A model generated the notes under the pieces. The model was given only the letters and a program-made list of their open reading frames with translations, did not search any database and was not told where the DNA came from. This document shows, piece after piece, positions 1 to 13,108 of a stretch of 64,000 nucleotides of DNA. A program made the position numbers and the translations under genes. The stretch comes from Burkholderiaceae bacterium. Lineage in GTDB: Bacteria; Pseudomonadota; Gammaproteobacteria; Burkholderiales; Burkholderiaceae_D. The stretch covers positions 40,650-104,649 of the forward strand of contig JBBARG010000008.1 of assembly GCA_040399905.1 (NCBI GenBank). Direction: 5' to 3'. Numbering within the stretch: position 1 is the stretch's first letter; every line of letters begins with the position of its first letter.

Positions 1-708
1 CTTGGCATCGCCTTCACCGCGTACTGACTCTGCATCACGATAGGCTTCTGCCAATATGACGGTTCGCTGACGATCCGCATCGGCACGAATCTTTTCTGAT
101 TCAGCCGAACCGGTTGAACGCAGTTCATTGGCAACCCGCGCGCGCTCGGATTTCATACGCTCGTAAACTGAGTTATTAATCTGCTCGACATAGTCGACGC
201 GTTTGAGGCGCACGTCAATGATTTCGCCGCCGATCTGCTTGGCTTCTTCGGCGACCTTTGAACGAATCGCATCCATGACCTTGCTGCGCTCGCCCGAGAT
301 CACTTCACGCACGGTGCGCTTGGTGATTTCGTCGTTGAGTGCAGCCTTGATGATTTGCGCCATCCGGTCTTGCGCGCGCCGCTCGTCACCGCCGAAGCTG
401 ACGAAATAAAGGCGTGGGTCGACGATGCGCCATTTGACGAAAGCATCGACCAGAATGTTTTTCTTTTCTGCCGTAATGAAACGGTCAGGCTCCGGCGTAT
501 CCAGCGTCAGGATGCGCTTGTCGAGGAATATCACGTTCTGGAACGGCGGCGGCAGTTTGAAATGCAGACCCGGTTCCTTGATCACTTGCTTGACTTCACC
601 TAACGCAAACACGATGGCGTACTGGCGCTGGTCAACTACAAACAAGGTTGACATCAGGATCGTCAGCGCAATCAGCGCCGCGATAACAGTGGAAATAATG
701 CGGTTCAT
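1..708 (-). CDS. hflC: HflC protease modulator, 5' part (runs off the left edge)
   Basis: Manual translation from ATG at 708: MNRIISTVIAALIALTILMSTLFVVDQRQYAIVFALGEVK. It overlaps the hflK stop and follows hflK. Not in the ORF track because it is truncated. Confidence 0.93.
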   Translation of the reverse strand, partial: MNRIISTVIAALIALTILMSTLFVVDQRQYAIVFALGEVKQVIKEPGLHFKLPPPFQNVIFLDKRILTLDTPEPDRFITAEKKNILVDAFVKWRIVDPRLYFVSFGGDERRAQDRMAQIIKAALNDEITKRTVREVISGERSKVMDAIRSKVAEEAKQIGGEIIDVRLKRVDYVEQINNSVYERMKSERARVANELRSTGSAESEKIRADADRQRTVILAEAYRDAESVRGEGDAK

Positions 709-1982
709 CAGCGTGACTCCCGATCGCGTGTGCTTCGGCTGTCGCGGCTGCGATCGCCTGAACGGCTGCTGTCAAATGCTGGCAAGCCTTCGGTAACTGG
801 AGCAGCAGGAACAGGTGTCTGTGCCGCTGCCGATTCAGCTGCAGTCTGCGCAATCAGCTTGTCGAGTGGAAGATAGATCATGCTGTTGTTGGCCTTGGTA
901 TCAACCATGACCTTGGTCGTACTGGTAAAGATCTGCTGCATGGCTTCGATGTACATGCGGTCGCGCATGACGGCAGGCGCTTTTTGATATTCGACCAATA
1001 TCTTGGAGAAACGCGATGCTTCACCTTCTGCATTTGCCACCACACGGGCACGGTAACCTTCGGATTCTTGCATCAGACGCGAAGCAGCACCGCGTGCTTT
1101 CGGCACGACGTCATTAGCGTACGCCTGACCTTCGTTTTTCTGACGTTCACGATCCTGTCCAGCCTTGACTGCATCGTCAAACGACGCCTGCACCTGCTCA
1201 GGTGGTTGCACGCCCTGCATGGTGACGTTGGTGACGAGCACGCCAATCTTGTAGTTGTCCAGAATTTTCTGCATCAAAGCGCTGGTATCGAAAGCGACTT
1301 TCTCGCGACCTTCATAGAGCACAAAGTCCATCTTGCTCTTTCCGACGATTTCTCGAATAGCTGTCTCTGCAGCTTGCTTAACGGTTTCTTCCTGATCGCG
1401 ATTGTTGAATACCCATTGCGACGCATCCTTGAGCCGGTATTGAACGGCGAACTGGATGTCGATGATGTTTTCGTCGTCGGTCAACATCAAAGATTCGCGT
1501 GGCATCTTGTTGCGCACGTTATTCCGATAGCCTACTTCAACTGTACGCACTTGCGACAGGTTGACGACTTCATGCTGCTGTATAGGATAAGGCCAGCGCC
1601 AGTTGAAACCGGGCGGCGTCGAATGGCTGTATTTACCGAAACTGAGAACAACACCAGTCTGGCCTTCCTGCACGATGAAGAAGCCGCTGACTAACCAGAG
1701 AAAGAAAATAACAATGGCGATTACGCCTGCGCCGATGCCGGCGCCGCGTGCATCACCAGCGTTGCCGCCGTCGTTAGGTCCGCGGCCACCGCCTTTACCG
1801 CCGAACAAACGGTTCAGACGCTGATTGAAATCACGCCATAGCTGATCGAGATCAGGCGGTCCATCGGATGGCTTCTTGCCCTCTTGTCGGGACTCCTGCT
1901 CTTTATCATTTGAACCGCGGCCCCATTGGGGATCGTTCAATGAAAATTTCAGGCCGAATTTCTTGATTATGGATCCGAGCAT
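708..1982 (-). CDS. hflK: HflK FtsH protease modulator
   Basis: N-terminal NDPQWG...GPPDLD motif, one TM helix, SPFH domain; hflX-hflK-hflC order. Confidence 0.96.
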   Translation of the reverse strand: MLGSIIKKFGLKFSLNDPQWGRGSNDKEQESRQEGKKPSDGPPDLDQLWRDFNQRLNRLFGGKGGGRGPNDGGNAGDARGAGIGAGVIAIVIFFLWLVSGFFIVQEGQTGVVLSFGKYSHSTPPGFNWRWPYPIQQHEVVNLSQVRTVEVGYRNNVRNKMPRESLMLTDDENIIDIQFAVQYRLKDASQWVFNNRDQEETVKQAAETAIREIVGKSKMDFVLYEGREKVAFDTSALMQKILDNYKIGVLVTNVTMQGVQPPEQVQASFDDAVKAGQDRERQKNEGQAYANDVVPKARGAASRLMQESEGYRARVVANAEGEASRFSKILVEYQKAPAVMRDRMYIEAMQQIFTSTTKVMVDTKANNSMIYLPLDKLIAQTAAESAAAQTPVPAAPVTEGLPAFDSSRSGDRSRDSRSTRDRESR

Positions 1983-2023
1983 TCTTTCGCGTTCCGGTCT
2001 AGAAAATGTTTTGATTATGAATG

Positions 2024-3136
2024 CTAATCAGATTCGTGATGTACTACTGCTACCGTCTGCTTTCCGGACACGCCCGCCTGCGCGCATTCGGCCATCGATT
2101 GCCTCAGCAAGTTCATTCCGCTGCCAGTCTGGGCACTCACAAAGACACGGCGAATTTTATCATATTCATCATACTCAACAGCAGGCTCCAGCCCGGCCAC
2201 GTCTATCTTGTTCCAGACCAGAATTTGCGGAATATGGTCTGCGCCGATTTCGCGCAATACCGCATTGACTTGCTCGATCTGGTCATTCCTGACCGGACTG
2301 GCGGCATCGACGACATGCAATAGCAAATCGGCATGAATCGTTTCCTCCAGCGTCGCCCGGAAGGCCGCCACTAACTGAGTGGGCAACTCACGGATGAAGC
2401 CTACGGTGTCGGACACGACGACATTGCCGGCTTCGCCCAGATGCACTCGGCGCGATGTGGTGTCGAGCGTAGCAAACAGTTGGTCCGCTGCGTATACGCC
2501 CGCCTTGGTCAGGTTATTGAATAACGTTGATTTGCCGGCATTCGTGTAGCCCACCAGCGATACTGAAAAAGTGTGATTGCGTTCGCGCGCACGACGCTGC
2601 GTATTGCGCTGGCGCTGCAGCTTTTCCAGCTTGGCGCGCAGGGCTTTGACGCGTTCGCCGATTAGCCGACGGTCGGTTTCAAGCTGTGTTTCACCTGGAC
2701 CGCGCAAACCGATACCGCCCTTTTGGCGCTCAAGGTGGGTCCAGCCGCGGATAAGACGGGTTGCCAGATGTTGCAACTGCGCGAGCTCAACCTGCACCTT
2801 GCCTTCATGGCTCTGGGCGCGCTGCGCAAAGATGTCGAGGATCAGGCTGGTCCGGTCCACCACGCGAACTTGCAGGTGGCGCTCCAGATTACGTTGTTGA
2901 GCTGGCGACAGCGCGTGATTGAAAATCACGAGCTCGATATCAAGGTCGGTGATGGTGTCGCGGATTTCATCAGCTTTGCCTGAGCCGACAAACAGCGCGG
3001 CATCGGGGCTGCTGCGCCGCCCCGTCACGCTCGCAACAGGCTGCGCTCCGGCCGACTTCACCAATAAAGCTAATTCTTCAAGGCTGGCGACGAAATCGCC
3101 CTTGCCGAAATCTACGCCAACCAGGACTGCACGCAT
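2024..3136 (-). CDS. hflX: GTPase HflX
   Basis: GYTNAGKS, DQLFATLD, DTVGF and NKID G-motifs. Start placed at MRAVLVG because the longer ORF overlaps hfq. Confidence 0.96.
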   Translation of the reverse strand: MRAVLVGVDFGKGDFVASLEELALLVKSAGAQPVASVTGRRSSPDAALFVGSGKADEIRDTITDLDIELVIFNHALSPAQQRNLERHLQVRVVDRTSLILDIFAQRAQSHEGKVQVELAQLQHLATRLIRGWTHLERQKGGIGLRGPGETQLETDRRLIGERVKALRAKLEKLQRQRNTQRRARERNHTFSVSLVGYTNAGKSTLFNNLTKAGVYAADQLFATLDTTSRRVHLGEAGNVVVSDTVGFIRELPTQLVAAFRATLEETIHADLLLHVVDAASPVRNDQIEQVNAVLREIGADHIPQILVWNKIDVAGLEPAVEYDEYDKIRRVFVSAQTGSGMNLLRQSMAECAQAGVSGKQTVAVVHHESD

Positions 3137-3152
3137 TAAAGGATGCAAGGAA

Positions 3153-3389
3153 TTATTCAGCTTCAGGTTCGGTGCTGATGTTGACAGCACGAGCAGGCAC
3201 GACAGTGGAAATGGCGTGCTTGTAGACCATTTGAGTTACGGTATTGCGCAGTAAGACCACATACTGATCGAAAGATTCGACGTGACCTTGCAGCTTGATG
3301 CCATTGACGAGGTAGATTGAAACCGGCACATGCTCTTTTCTCAAGGCATTGAGGAATGGGTCTTGTAACAGTTGCCCTTTGTTGCTCAT
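3153..3389 (-). CDS. hfq: RNA chaperone Hfq
   Basis: [14 protein letters not shown]...[11 protein letters not shown]; GGAG RBS before ATG at 3389. Confidence 0.98.
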   Translation of the reverse strand: MSNKGQLLQDPFLNALRKEHVPVSIYLVNGIKLQGHVESFDQYVVLLRNTVTQMVYKHAISTVVPARAVNISTEPEAE

Positions 3390-3535
3390 GGAAGCTCCGT
3401 AATGTTGTCGAGTACAGTTATCGAGTACAGCAGATGATGGCGCTGTATAAAAAATCAAGCGCACCGAAAAAAAAGCCTAATCTGAATGTAATCTATTTTG
3501 CACTAAAGTGGCAAACGCCGTTGCGCAATTGCAGA

Positions 3536-4873
3536 TTATTCCTGCTTGTCGAATGGGTTCTTTCCTGAGCGCAACTGTATGCGCAAAGGCGTACCCACCA
3601 GCCCGAAGGTTTCCCGAAAATGTTTTTCGAGGAAGCGCTTGTAGTTGGCGTCGATGGCATCGAGCGCATTGCCATGAATGACGATGATAGGCGGGTTTTG
3701 GCCGCCCTGATGCGCATAGCGCAGCTTCGGACGAATCGACCCCTTGCGCCGCGGCTGCTGATGATCTACCGCTTCCTGCAAGGCGCGTGTCAGTTGTGGG
3801 GTTGGCAGCTTGACCATCGCAGCTTTGTAGGCAGAATCAACTGACTTCATCATCACCGGAATGCCAGTCGACTTCAGCGCCGAGATGTAATGGAATTTAG
3901 CGAAGGACAAGAAGCTCAGCTTGCGGTCGATATCGCTTTTGATTTCATCGCGCCGGTCTGAAGTCAGGCCATCCCACTTGTTCACACCAACCACCAGCGC
4001 CCTGCCCGACTCAAGAATGAAGCCGGCAATGTGAGCATCCTGTTCCGAGATATCCTGCTGCGCGTCCAGCAATAGCAAGACGACATTCGCATCCGAGATA
4101 GACTGCAAAGTTTTAACGACTGAAAATTTCTCGATCGCTTCAAAGACTTTGCCGCGCCGACGTATGCCTGCGGTGTCGATCAGCGTGTAATGCTGGCCTT
4201 CGCGCTCGAACGGAATTTCGATCGAGTCGCGGGTCGTGCCGGGCATGTCAAAAGCAATGACGCGCTCTTCACCGAGCAAGGTATTGACCAGCGTCGATTT
4301 ACCCACGTTAGGGCGACCGACGATGGCAATCCTTACGCCGCGACTTTTTGACTCTTCTTCCGTCGTCGGAGGCATCTGCGCAAACGCGATGTTGAGTGAC
4401 TCTTCAACCAGATCTGCTACGCCATCGCCATGCGCGGCTGAGATCACGTACGGGTCACCCATGCCAAGCTCATAAAAGTCAGCCGCAACTGACGTGTATT
4501 TCATGCCTTCGGATTTATTCACGACCAGCATGACCGATCGACCTGACTTGCGCAGGAAGTCCGTGATGGTTTTGTCGTGCGGCGTCAGACCCTGACGACC
4601 ATCGACAATGAAAATGACAATGTCGGCTTCGGCCACAGCCTGTTTGGTCTGCTTGGCCATCTCATGCATGATGCCTTCTTTGGCTACCGGCTCGAAACCG
4701 CCGGTATCAATGACCAAAAATGGACGCTCACCCATTCTGCCTTCGCCATAATGGCGGTCACGGGTCAGGCCCGGCATGTCGGCGACGAGCGCGTCGCGTG
4801 ACCGGGTCAGCCGGTTAAACAAGGTTGATTTGCCGACGTTTGGTCGGCCCACTAATGCAATTACCGGCTTCAT
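3536..4873 (-). CDS. der: Ribosome biogenesis GTPase Der (EngA)
   Basis: Two tandem GRPNVGKS G-domains and a C-terminal KH-like domain. Confidence 0.98.
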   Translation of the reverse strand: MKPVIALVGRPNVGKSTLFNRLTRSRDALVADMPGLTRDRHYGEGRMGERPFLVIDTGGFEPVAKEGIMHEMAKQTKQAVAEADIVIFIVDGRQGLTPHDKTITDFLRKSGRSVMLVVNKSEGMKYTSVAADFYELGMGDPYVISAAHGDGVADLVEESLNIAFAQMPPTTEEESKSRGVRIAIVGRPNVGKSTLVNTLLGEERVIAFDMPGTTRDSIEIPFEREGQHYTLIDTAGIRRRGKVFEAIEKFSVVKTLQSISDANVVLLLLDAQQDISEQDAHIAGFILESGRALVVGVNKWDGLTSDRRDEIKSDIDRKLSFLSFAKFHYISALKSTGIPVMMKSVDSAYKAAMVKLPTPQLTRALQEAVDHQQPRRKGSIRPKLRYAHQGGQNPPIIVIHGNALDAIDANYKRFLEKHFRETFGLVGTPLRIQLRSGKNPFDKQE

Positions 4874-4894
4874 CTATTTCCTAGCTACTCATTC

Positions 4895-6043
4895 CTAGTT
4901 GGCAGTCAATGCGAGCAACTTGCCCGCTTGCGTCTGCACAATCAAACTTGATCCTGACACGACCGGCGTGGACTTGATGGCACTGCCATCGGTAGCCACG
5001 CGGGCAATCATGCTGCCCTCTTCGCGCGACAGGAAATGTATATAACCTTCACGGTCGCCAACTACGACGGCGCGACCGAAAGAAACGGGAGCAGACAACC
5101 TGCGCCATGACAGTGAAGTGTTACGCCACTGGCTAGCACCGCTGTCACGCGTGAATGCGAGCAAATTGCTGCGTTCGTCGGCAGCAAAAACAAAGCGTTC
5201 GTCGATGCCGGCACCGACTTCAGCCGACAATTCACGCGCCCAGCGCAGCGCGCCGTTGGTGATGTCTGCACAGGCAATACGGCCCTGATAGGTAGCGGCG
5301 CAAATATCGCGCCCTGTCATGACGGGTGTGCCCGATACATCGACTACACGCTCGAGTTCGGTCGCGCCACGCGGCTCGGCAATAGCGGCTTCCCAGCGCA
5401 CAGCGCCGTTGAGCAGCGACACTGCCAGCAATCGACCCGCCGGCAAAGCGACATACGCATAGCCTTCGGCGATGACAATGCCGGGTGCTGCGCGCAGAGT
5501 CAACGCAGGTGCGGTGCGCTGCAAGAACCAGCGCCGCGCGCCGGTTTCGGCATCAAGGCCGACTAGGCGGTTATCCAGACTGCGCACGACAACCATGCCA
5601 CGACCTACGGCCGGCGACGACAGGACTTCGCTACTGGCCTGGTATTTCCACAGGCTTTTGCCATTGGCTGCGTCAAACGACAAAATGACGCCATCAGCAC
5701 CGGCAACAACGACACTGGTGCCGTCACTGCCAACGCCGGCAGTCAGGCCAACGCCTGCGTTAATGCGCCACAGGGTTTTACCACTGAGCGCATCAAAACT
5801 GGCGATGGTGCCATCTGCACTGGCGACGTACAACTTGTCGCCTACCAGGGCCGGCGAGAAAACGTACTCTTCAGATTTGCCAATACTTGCTGACCAAACG
5901 GTGCGCAAGACCATGGTTTGCTTGAATTCAACCAGCGGCGCAGGATTATTGCGCGGCCCTTTGCTGGCAAACGGATTCAGCGACGAGCAACCCGTTAGCA
6001 AAATGGCAGCAGCAACAAGAACTGACTTGGCAAATTTATGCAT
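4895..6043 (-). CDS. bamB: Outer membrane assembly lipoprotein BamB
   Basis: Lipobox LTGC, PQQ-type beta-propeller repeats, GATELER motif; lies between yfgM and der. Confidence 0.93.
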   Translation of the reverse strand: MHKFAKSVLVAAAILLTGCSSLNPFASKGPRNNPAPLVEFKQTMVLRTVWSASIGKSEEYVFSPALVGDKLYVASADGTIASFDALSGKTLWRINAGVGLTAGVGSDGTSVVVAGADGVILSFDAANGKSLWKYQASSEVLSSPAVGRGMVVVRSLDNRLVGLDAETGARRWFLQRTAPALTLRAAPGIVIAEGYAYVALPAGRLLAVSLLNGAVRWEAAIAEPRGATELERVVDVSGTPVMTGRDICAATYQGRIACADITNGALRWARELSAEVGAGIDERFVFAADERSNLLAFTRDSGASQWRNTSLSWRRLSAPVSFGRAVVVGDREGYIHFLSREEGSMIARVATDGSAIKSTPVVSGSSLIVQTQAGKLLALTAN

Positions 6044-6057
6044 GGTGTTCCTTCCGC

Positions 6058-6705
6058 TTACGCAGCTTTGGCTGGCGCAGCGCCGAGTGCATCAAGCTTC
6101 AATTGAATCAGCTGACGCGCAGGGTTTTTGATTTCTGTCTTATCGAGAGCTGCCTTGTAGGCTTCACGGGCCAGATCTGTCTTGTTCTGGGCGACCAGCA
6201 AGTCGCCGCGGCGGTCAGCTACCAAAGCCGCGAACTGCTCGGGGAAACTGCCTTCCAGGGTTTTGAGGCCTTCGTCATACAGCTTCTCGTCCAGCAGTAC
6301 GCCAGCCAGTCTGACTTTGGCAATTGATTTGAATTCTTCGCTGCGGCCATTCTCGACAATCCACTGCAGGTGAGCCTTCGCAGCTTTCAGGTCATTCGTA
6401 TCAAACGCCAGTTTGGCAGCAGACAACGACCCCATTTGCGCATAGGCAGTGCGGCTGAATTTATCTTTGATGTCAGCAGCGGCGCGCGCAGCTTTGGCGG
6501 CATCTTTGGCATCGACAGCCTTGACGATTTCTTCATACAGCAGCGCTGCTTTTGCAGACTGGTCGCGCTGATAGTATTTCCAGCCGGACCAGCCGGAGAA
6601 AGCCAGCAGCACTGCAATCAGCACCCAGGTCGTCAGGTTGCCGTATTGCGCCCACCATGCTTTGAAGGTGTCGAGTTGTTCTTGCTCTTCGTGATCGTAT
6701 GCCAT
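6058..6705 (-). CDS. yfgM: YfgM-family TPR membrane protein
   Basis: MAYDHEEQEQLD..KAWW..YG N-terminus, TM helix, TPR-like repeats; synteny with hisS and bamB. Confidence 0.9.
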   Translation of the reverse strand: MAYDHEEQEQLDTFKAWWAQYGNLTTWVLIAVLLAFSGWSGWKYYQRDQSAKAALLYEEIVKAVDAKDAAKAARAAADIKDKFSRTAYAQMGSLSAAKLAFDTNDLKAAKAHLQWIVENGRSEEFKSIAKVRLAGVLLDEKLYDEGLKTLEGSFPEQFAALVADRRGDLLVAQNKTDLAREAYKAALDKTEIKNPARQLIQLKLDALGAAPAKAA

Positions 6706-6714
6706 GATTATTTA

Positions 6715-8080
6715 TTAAGGATGGTAGTGAATGTGGCCGGCATGGTCGTGTCCATGCTCGTCTTTGCCAATGATATGGTCGATCAGATGATCAACCACGG
6801 CATCGAGTGCTACGGTGTGCTGGTTATGTTCAACGTCGGTTTCGCGCAAGTGTTTTACGGTCGCAACCTGCTTTGCCATTTCGTCTTCACCGAGGATTAC
6901 GGCAAATGAAGCGCCACTGCCATCGGCGCGTTTCATCTGGGATTTGAAGCTACCGGCACCGCCAGACGATGCGCAATGTAGCACAACATCGAGTCCGGCA
7001 TCGCGTAAACGTTCCCCCAGCACAAAGGCTTGCAGTTGCGCCGCTTCACCCTGATGCACCAGATATACGTCGCACTGGTTAGGTGAATATTGCTCGCCAG
7101 ACGCTTTCATCAGTTCCAGCAAGCGCTCGACACCCATGGCAAAACCGACTGCCGGGGTTGGCTTGCCGCCAAAAATTTCAACCAGCGGGTCATAGCGACC
7201 GCCGCCGCAAACTGTGCCTTGCGAACCGAGCTGGTCGGTGACCCACTCGAAGACGGTACGGTTGTAATAGTCCATGCCGCGCACCAGCCGCGGATTGATC
7301 GTGAACGGCACCGCGTTATGGCGCAAGAGTGCTTGTACACCTTCAAAGTGCGCGCGTGATTCGTCGCCCAGATAATCAAGCAGCTTCGGTGCTGCATTGA
7401 CCAGCTCTTGCATAGCCGGATTTTTGGTATCAAGAATACGCAGCGGATTCGTATGCAGGCGGCGCTTGGCTTCCGCGTCCAGCAGTTCACTGTGCTGTTC
7501 AAAATAAGCGATCAGGTCTGCGCGATGGCGGTTGCGCTCGGCAGCGTCGCCGATGGAATTGAGCTCCAGCCGTATATCCGTCAGGCCCAAATCATCCCAC
7601 AGTCGCTGGCACAGCATGATCAGTTCGGCATCAATGTCCGGACCGGTAAAGCCTATGGCTTCTGCGCCGACCTGATGAAACTGCCGATAGCGACCACGCT
7701 GCGGACGCTCATGACGGAACATCGGACCGGCGTACCACAAGCGCTTCGGGCCGTCATAGGTCAGATTGTGTTCAAGCGCGGCGCGCACAACGCCTGCCGT
7801 GCTTTCAGGACGCAGTGTCAGTTCGTCGCCGTTCATGCTATCGGTGAAGGAATACATTTCCTTTTCGACGATATCGGTGACAACGCCAAGGCCGCGAGCA
7901 AACAGCGCAGTCGGCTCAACGATAGGCGTGCGGATCTGCTGGAAGCCATAGCTCTTCAACACCGTCTGCACCGTGTTTTCAAACAACTCCCACAACGGCG
8001 CATCGCTCGGCAGAATGTCATTCATGCCTTTGACGCCGAGGATCTTCTCGGCCTTCTTGTTTTCTGCTTTATTTTCTGGC

Positions 8081-8094
<14 letters not shown>
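6715..8094 (-). CDS. hisS: Histidyl-tRNA synthetase
   Basis: [30 protein letters not shown] and GGRYD motifs. Confidence 0.98.
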
Positions 8095-9355
<1,261 letters not shown>

Positions 9356-9362
9356 CGTTAGT

Positions 9363-10418
9363 TCACTTGATGTTGAGCTTGGCCACATTGTCGCGTGCGC
9401 CAGTTTTCAAATTCAAAGACTGCCCGCGCAGGCGCACATCAACACCCGTTGCATTGCCAACGACCAGTACGACTGGTTCTTTCACTTCAAATTTTTCAGT
9501 GGTACCCGCACGCATCAGACGCGAAATCAGTTTGACGCCGTTCTGGTTACTGATTTCTACCCACGTGTCTTCACGCAGCTTGATTTCGAGTGCGTTCATG
9601 GGATCGATTAAGGCATTCGGTACCAAGGCTGGTGCCGCTGCCGTAGTAACAGCTGCTGATGCAACAGCTGCCGGAGCAACAGCTGAATTTGGCGCTTTGC
9701 TTGCAGGCGCAGCAGCAGCTGGTTCCGGCACAGGCTCGGCGATTACTACCTCATCCGCAGCGGCAGCAGTTTCGGTGTCTGCCGCAGGGAAAAATGGCAA
9801 CTCAGTCAGCCAACCCATCTGCCGGCCGGCAAACGCAAACATCAACAGAAAAATCAATACCAGTGCTGCAATCCCCGTCATGCGACGCGCGCTATTGCCG
9901 CGATGACGAACACCCGACGAATAACGTCGACCAGGAAAAGTCACTGCCGGCAACGGGCGACGCAGCACCATGGGATCAAATGCAGGATTCGGTTCGTTCG
10001 AAATCATTTCGACCAAAGGGGCCGGATCAAGCTCTAACAATTTTGCGTACGAGCGTATAAATCCGCGCACGATCGCCATGCCCGGCAAAGAAGCAAAGTC
10101 ATTGGCTTCGAGCGCAGCAATCTGCCTAGTCGCAAGTTTGAGTTTGGATGCAGCTTCCTCAACCGACCAGCGCAATTCTGCGCGACGGGCTGCGAGCCGT
10201 TCGCCCGGCAACTCGGGTGGAAGCTCTGGTGGCAACTCCGCTGGCAACTCCGATGGCAACTCGGCTTGTACCGGTGCCTCATCCTGCAGGAAATTTGCCA
10301 ACGCTTGTTCTTCGCTAAGCTGCGCTGAAGCATCAAGAGGAATCTGGTTTTTGTTTTCTGTATTCACTGGTTTCGCTTCAGCGGATTCACTCGTCAATTC
10401 ATTTTTTTTATCATTCAT
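9363..10418 (-). CDS. rodZ: RodZ-like protein (HTH-TM-DUF4115)
   Basis: HTH region ALEANDF..LPG...[13 protein letters not shown] helix, C-terminal beta domain VVGNATGV; position between pilW and ispG. Confidence 0.88.
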   Translation of the reverse strand: MNDKKNELTSESAEAKPVNTENKNQIPLDASAQLSEEQALANFLQDEAPVQAELPSELPAELPPELPPELPGERLAARRAELRWSVEEAASKLKLATRQIAALEANDFASLPGMAIVRGFIRSYAKLLELDPAPLVEMISNEPNPAFDPMVLRRPLPAVTFPGRRYSSGVRHRGNSARRMTGIAALVLIFLLMFAFAGRQMGWLTELPFFPAADTETAAAADEVVIAEPVPEPAAAAPASKAPNSAVAPAAVASAAVTTAAAPALVPNALIDPMNALEIKLREDTWVEISNQNGVKLISRLMRAGTTEKFEVKEPVVLVVGNATGVDVRLRGQSLNLKTGARDNVAKLNIK

Positions 10419-11208
10419 CCGATTCACCACGAAGGTAGGCAACTAGTTGCGGAGAGTCCGGAAACAAGCGGCGCAGTTGCGAAGCAAGGCTCTGCTCTGC
10501 ATTGCGGTCACCTAGTTTTTTCTCAATCCGGATTGCCATCAGCAGATGGTCAGCGGCCATGGATTCACCATTCACTGCCAGCAGGATATGCTGCTGAGCA
10601 TGACGGTAGTCGGCGCGCTTATAAAAAATTCTTGCAAGATTCGCGTGCGCGATGGCATTGCGCGGATCTGCTTCTACGACACGTAATAGATATTGTTCGG
10701 CCAGTCCGGTGTCGCCATTGCGCAAGCTGCACAGGCCTGCATTCAGCAGTGCCTTGGCTGGCGTCGCATACGAACGGCTGGCAATGGCCCGCTCAAAATA
10801 TGGCATCGCGATAGCAGCGCGACCGGTCTGGCAATAAAACCAGCCTGCATTGTTTTGCAAGTCCGGACTGGCGGAATCCAGCCGCAGCGCCTGACGCAGG
10901 CTTTGTTCAGCTTCCGGTGTCTGACCCATCTGCATCAGGATCAATGCACGCATGCCATGCAGGTCTGCGCGTTGAGGACTGATCTGCAAAGCACGCTCGG
11001 TTTCCTGCAGTGCGCTCACGTATTGCGCTTCATCATAGTAAGCAGCAGCCAGCGCCATTCTGATTTCCGTGCGCCGTTGCAGGTCAGCCTGCTCGGCCAC
11101 TACCGGCGTATCACGCGACACGGCCGGCATTTGCGCGCAGCCGGTCAGCAGCGATGCAGCCAGCACCCACAAGAGAGGCAGAGTCAGGCGGAAACCAGAA
11201 AGCATCAC
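10411..11208 (-). CDS. pilW: Type IV pilus biogenesis/stability TPR lipoprotein PilW/PilF
   Basis: Lipobox LTGC, TPRs, NNAGWFYC and [12 protein letters not shown]; follows rlmN. Confidence 0.87.
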   Translation of the reverse strand: MMLSGFRLTLPLLWVLAASLLTGCAQMPAVSRDTPVVAEQADLQRRTEIRMALAAAYYDEAQYVSALQETERALQISPQRADLHGMRALILMQMGQTPEAEQSLRQALRLDSASPDLQNNAGWFYCQTGRAAIAMPYFERAIASRSYATPAKALLNAGLCSLRNGDTGLAEQYLLRVVEADPRNAIAHANLARIFYKRADYRHAQQHILLAVNGESMAADHLLMAIRIEKKLGDRNAEQSLASQLRRLFPDSPQLVAYLRGESDE

Positions 11209-12368
11209 TCGGAGATCTCCACGATACGACCAAAATTTTTGCCGTATTTTTCTTGATAGCCCGCCATTTTCTGCATGCGGTCCTGCACGTTGGTGCGGTC
11301 CTGCACTTCACCGGCGAGCTGGCCGCAGGCGGCGTCGATATCATCGCCGCGCGTCTTGCGGATGGTGGTGACGATGCCGGCATCCATCAGAATTTGCGCA
11401 AAGGCCTTGATGCGCGGATTGGCGGAACGCAGCAAGCCCGACTCGGGGAATGGATTAAACGGTATCAGATTGAATTTACAGGACAGGTCGTGCTTTGCAA
11501 TCAGGGCCACCAGCTCACGCGCGTGTGCATCGGTGTCGTTAACGCCATCGAGCATGCAGTATTCGAGCGTGACGAAGTCGCGAGGCGCAAAGTCCAGATA
11601 GCGTTTGCAGGCAGCGATCAGTTCGGCGAGCGGATATTTTTTGTTTAGTGGAACGAGGTTGTCACGCAGCTTGTCGTTCGATGCATGCAGAGACACGGCT
11701 AGCGCAACAGCGCAGTCTTGCGACAGCTTGTCGATCATGGGCACTACGCCGCTGGTCGACAAGGTCACGCGGCGGCGCGACAGACCATAGGCGTTATCGT
11801 CGAGCATCAACTTCAAAGCCGTAACAGTCGGTTCGTAATTCAGCAGCGGCTCGCCCATGCCCATCATCACGACATTGGTGATCTGGCGTTCACCCTTGGG
11901 GCCGGGCGCAATGCCCTTGGTGCGACGTAATTCAAATTCTGCCATCCACAACTGGCCAATAATTTCGCCAACGCTCAGGTTGCGCGAAAAGCCTTGCTTG
12001 CCGGTCGAGCAGAAACGGCAGTTCACAGCACAGCCCGCTTGCGTGGAAATGCACAGCGTGCCGCGATTTTCTTCGGGAATAAAAACAGTTTCGACCGCGT
12101 TGCCATTGCCAACGTCAACCAGCCATTTGCGGGTGCCGTCGGTGGAAGTATGGTCACTGATGATGGCGGGTGCGGAAACTACAGCGCGCGTCTTGAGCTT
12201 GTCACGCAAAGACTTGGCCAAGTCGGTCATCGCCTCAAAGTCACTGGCGCCGTATTGGTGTATCCAGCGCTGCAGTTGCTTTGCGCGAAACGGCTTCTCA
12301 CCAAGCGCGCCGCACCAGGCGACGAGCTGCGCAGGATCGAGGTCCAGCAAATTGGTGAGAGTCGTCAT
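11205..12368 (-). CDS. rlmN: Dual-specificity RNA methyltransferase RlmN
   Basis: Radical [17 protein letters not shown] and IDAACGQL motifs. Confidence 0.97.
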   Translation of the reverse strand: MTTLTNLLDLDPAQLVAWCGALGEKPFRAKQLQRWIHQYGASDFEAMTDLAKSLRDKLKTRAVVSAPAIISDHTSTDGTRKWLVDVGNGNAVETVFIPEENRGTLCISTQAGCAVNCRFCSTGKQGFSRNLSVGEIIGQLWMAEFELRRTKGIAPGPKGERQITNVVMMGMGEPLLNYEPTVTALKLMLDDNAYGLSRRRVTLSTSGVVPMIDKLSQDCAVALAVSLHASNDKLRDNLVPLNKKYPLAELIAACKRYLDFAPRDFVTLEYCMLDGVNDTDAHARELVALIAKHDLSCKFNLIPFNPFPESGLLRSANPRIKAFAQILMDAGIVTTIRKTRGDDIDAACGQLAGEVQDRTNVQDRMQKMAGYQEKYGKNFGRIVEISE

Positions 12369-12449
12369 GACAATGTCTTCTAATGCGATTCATTCTAGTG
12401 AGAACTTGAATGAATCGCGAGCCAACTAAGGTAAAAATTAGCGTAAAAA

Positions 12450-12875
12450 TTAACGTGAATAGACGTTCAGGGCCGGGAAGAAATAAGCAATTTCAACATT
12501 GGCGGTTTCTGCTGCATCGGAGCCGTGAACAGCGTTGGCATCGATGGAATCAGCGAAGTCAGCACGGATGGTGCCTTTTTCAGCCTTCTTAGGATCGGTC
12601 GCGCCCATCAGGTCACGGTGCGTCAGGATGGCGTTTTCGCCTTCGAGCACTTGCACGATCACTGGACCGGAGATCATGAAATCAACCAGGTCTTTGAAGA
12701 AAGGACGGGCAGCGTGCACAGCGTAGAAGCCTTCTGCTTCAGCGCGTGAGAGTTGCATCATGCGAGCAGCGATAATTTTCAGGCCGGCGCCTTCAAAACG
12801 CGAGTAGATCTGACCGATCACGTTCTTTGCTACGGCGTCAGGTTTAATGATCGACAGGGTGCGTTCGATTGACAT
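12450..12875 (-). CDS. ndk: Nucleoside diphosphate kinase
   Basis: [12 protein letters not shown] and catalytic NAVHGSD; GGAG RBS before ATG at 12875. Confidence 0.98.
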   Translation of the reverse strand: MSIERTLSIIKPDAVAKNVIGQIYSRFEGAGLKIIAARMMQLSRAEAEGFYAVHAARPFFKDLVDFMISGPVIVQVLEGENAILTHRDLMGATDPKKAEKGTIRADFADSIDANAVHGSDAAETANVEIAYFFPALNVYSR

Positions 12876-13108
12876 CTGTAAAAACTCCAATAAAAATAAG
12901 GGGTTAGGAAAGGGAATGCGGTTTTCAATTAGCCGCGGATTCTACCATGAAAGCACCCCTGAAAGGCAGGCGGCGCGTGCCTTATGTGCCGACAGCACTA
13001 GGCAATTTCGGCTAGACTGACAATTAATATATCGATCAGCTATTATGTTTTTGACAGCGCCCGCTAAATGCTGTTAGTTTTGCATCAAATATTTTTAATG
13101 GAGGTCAC

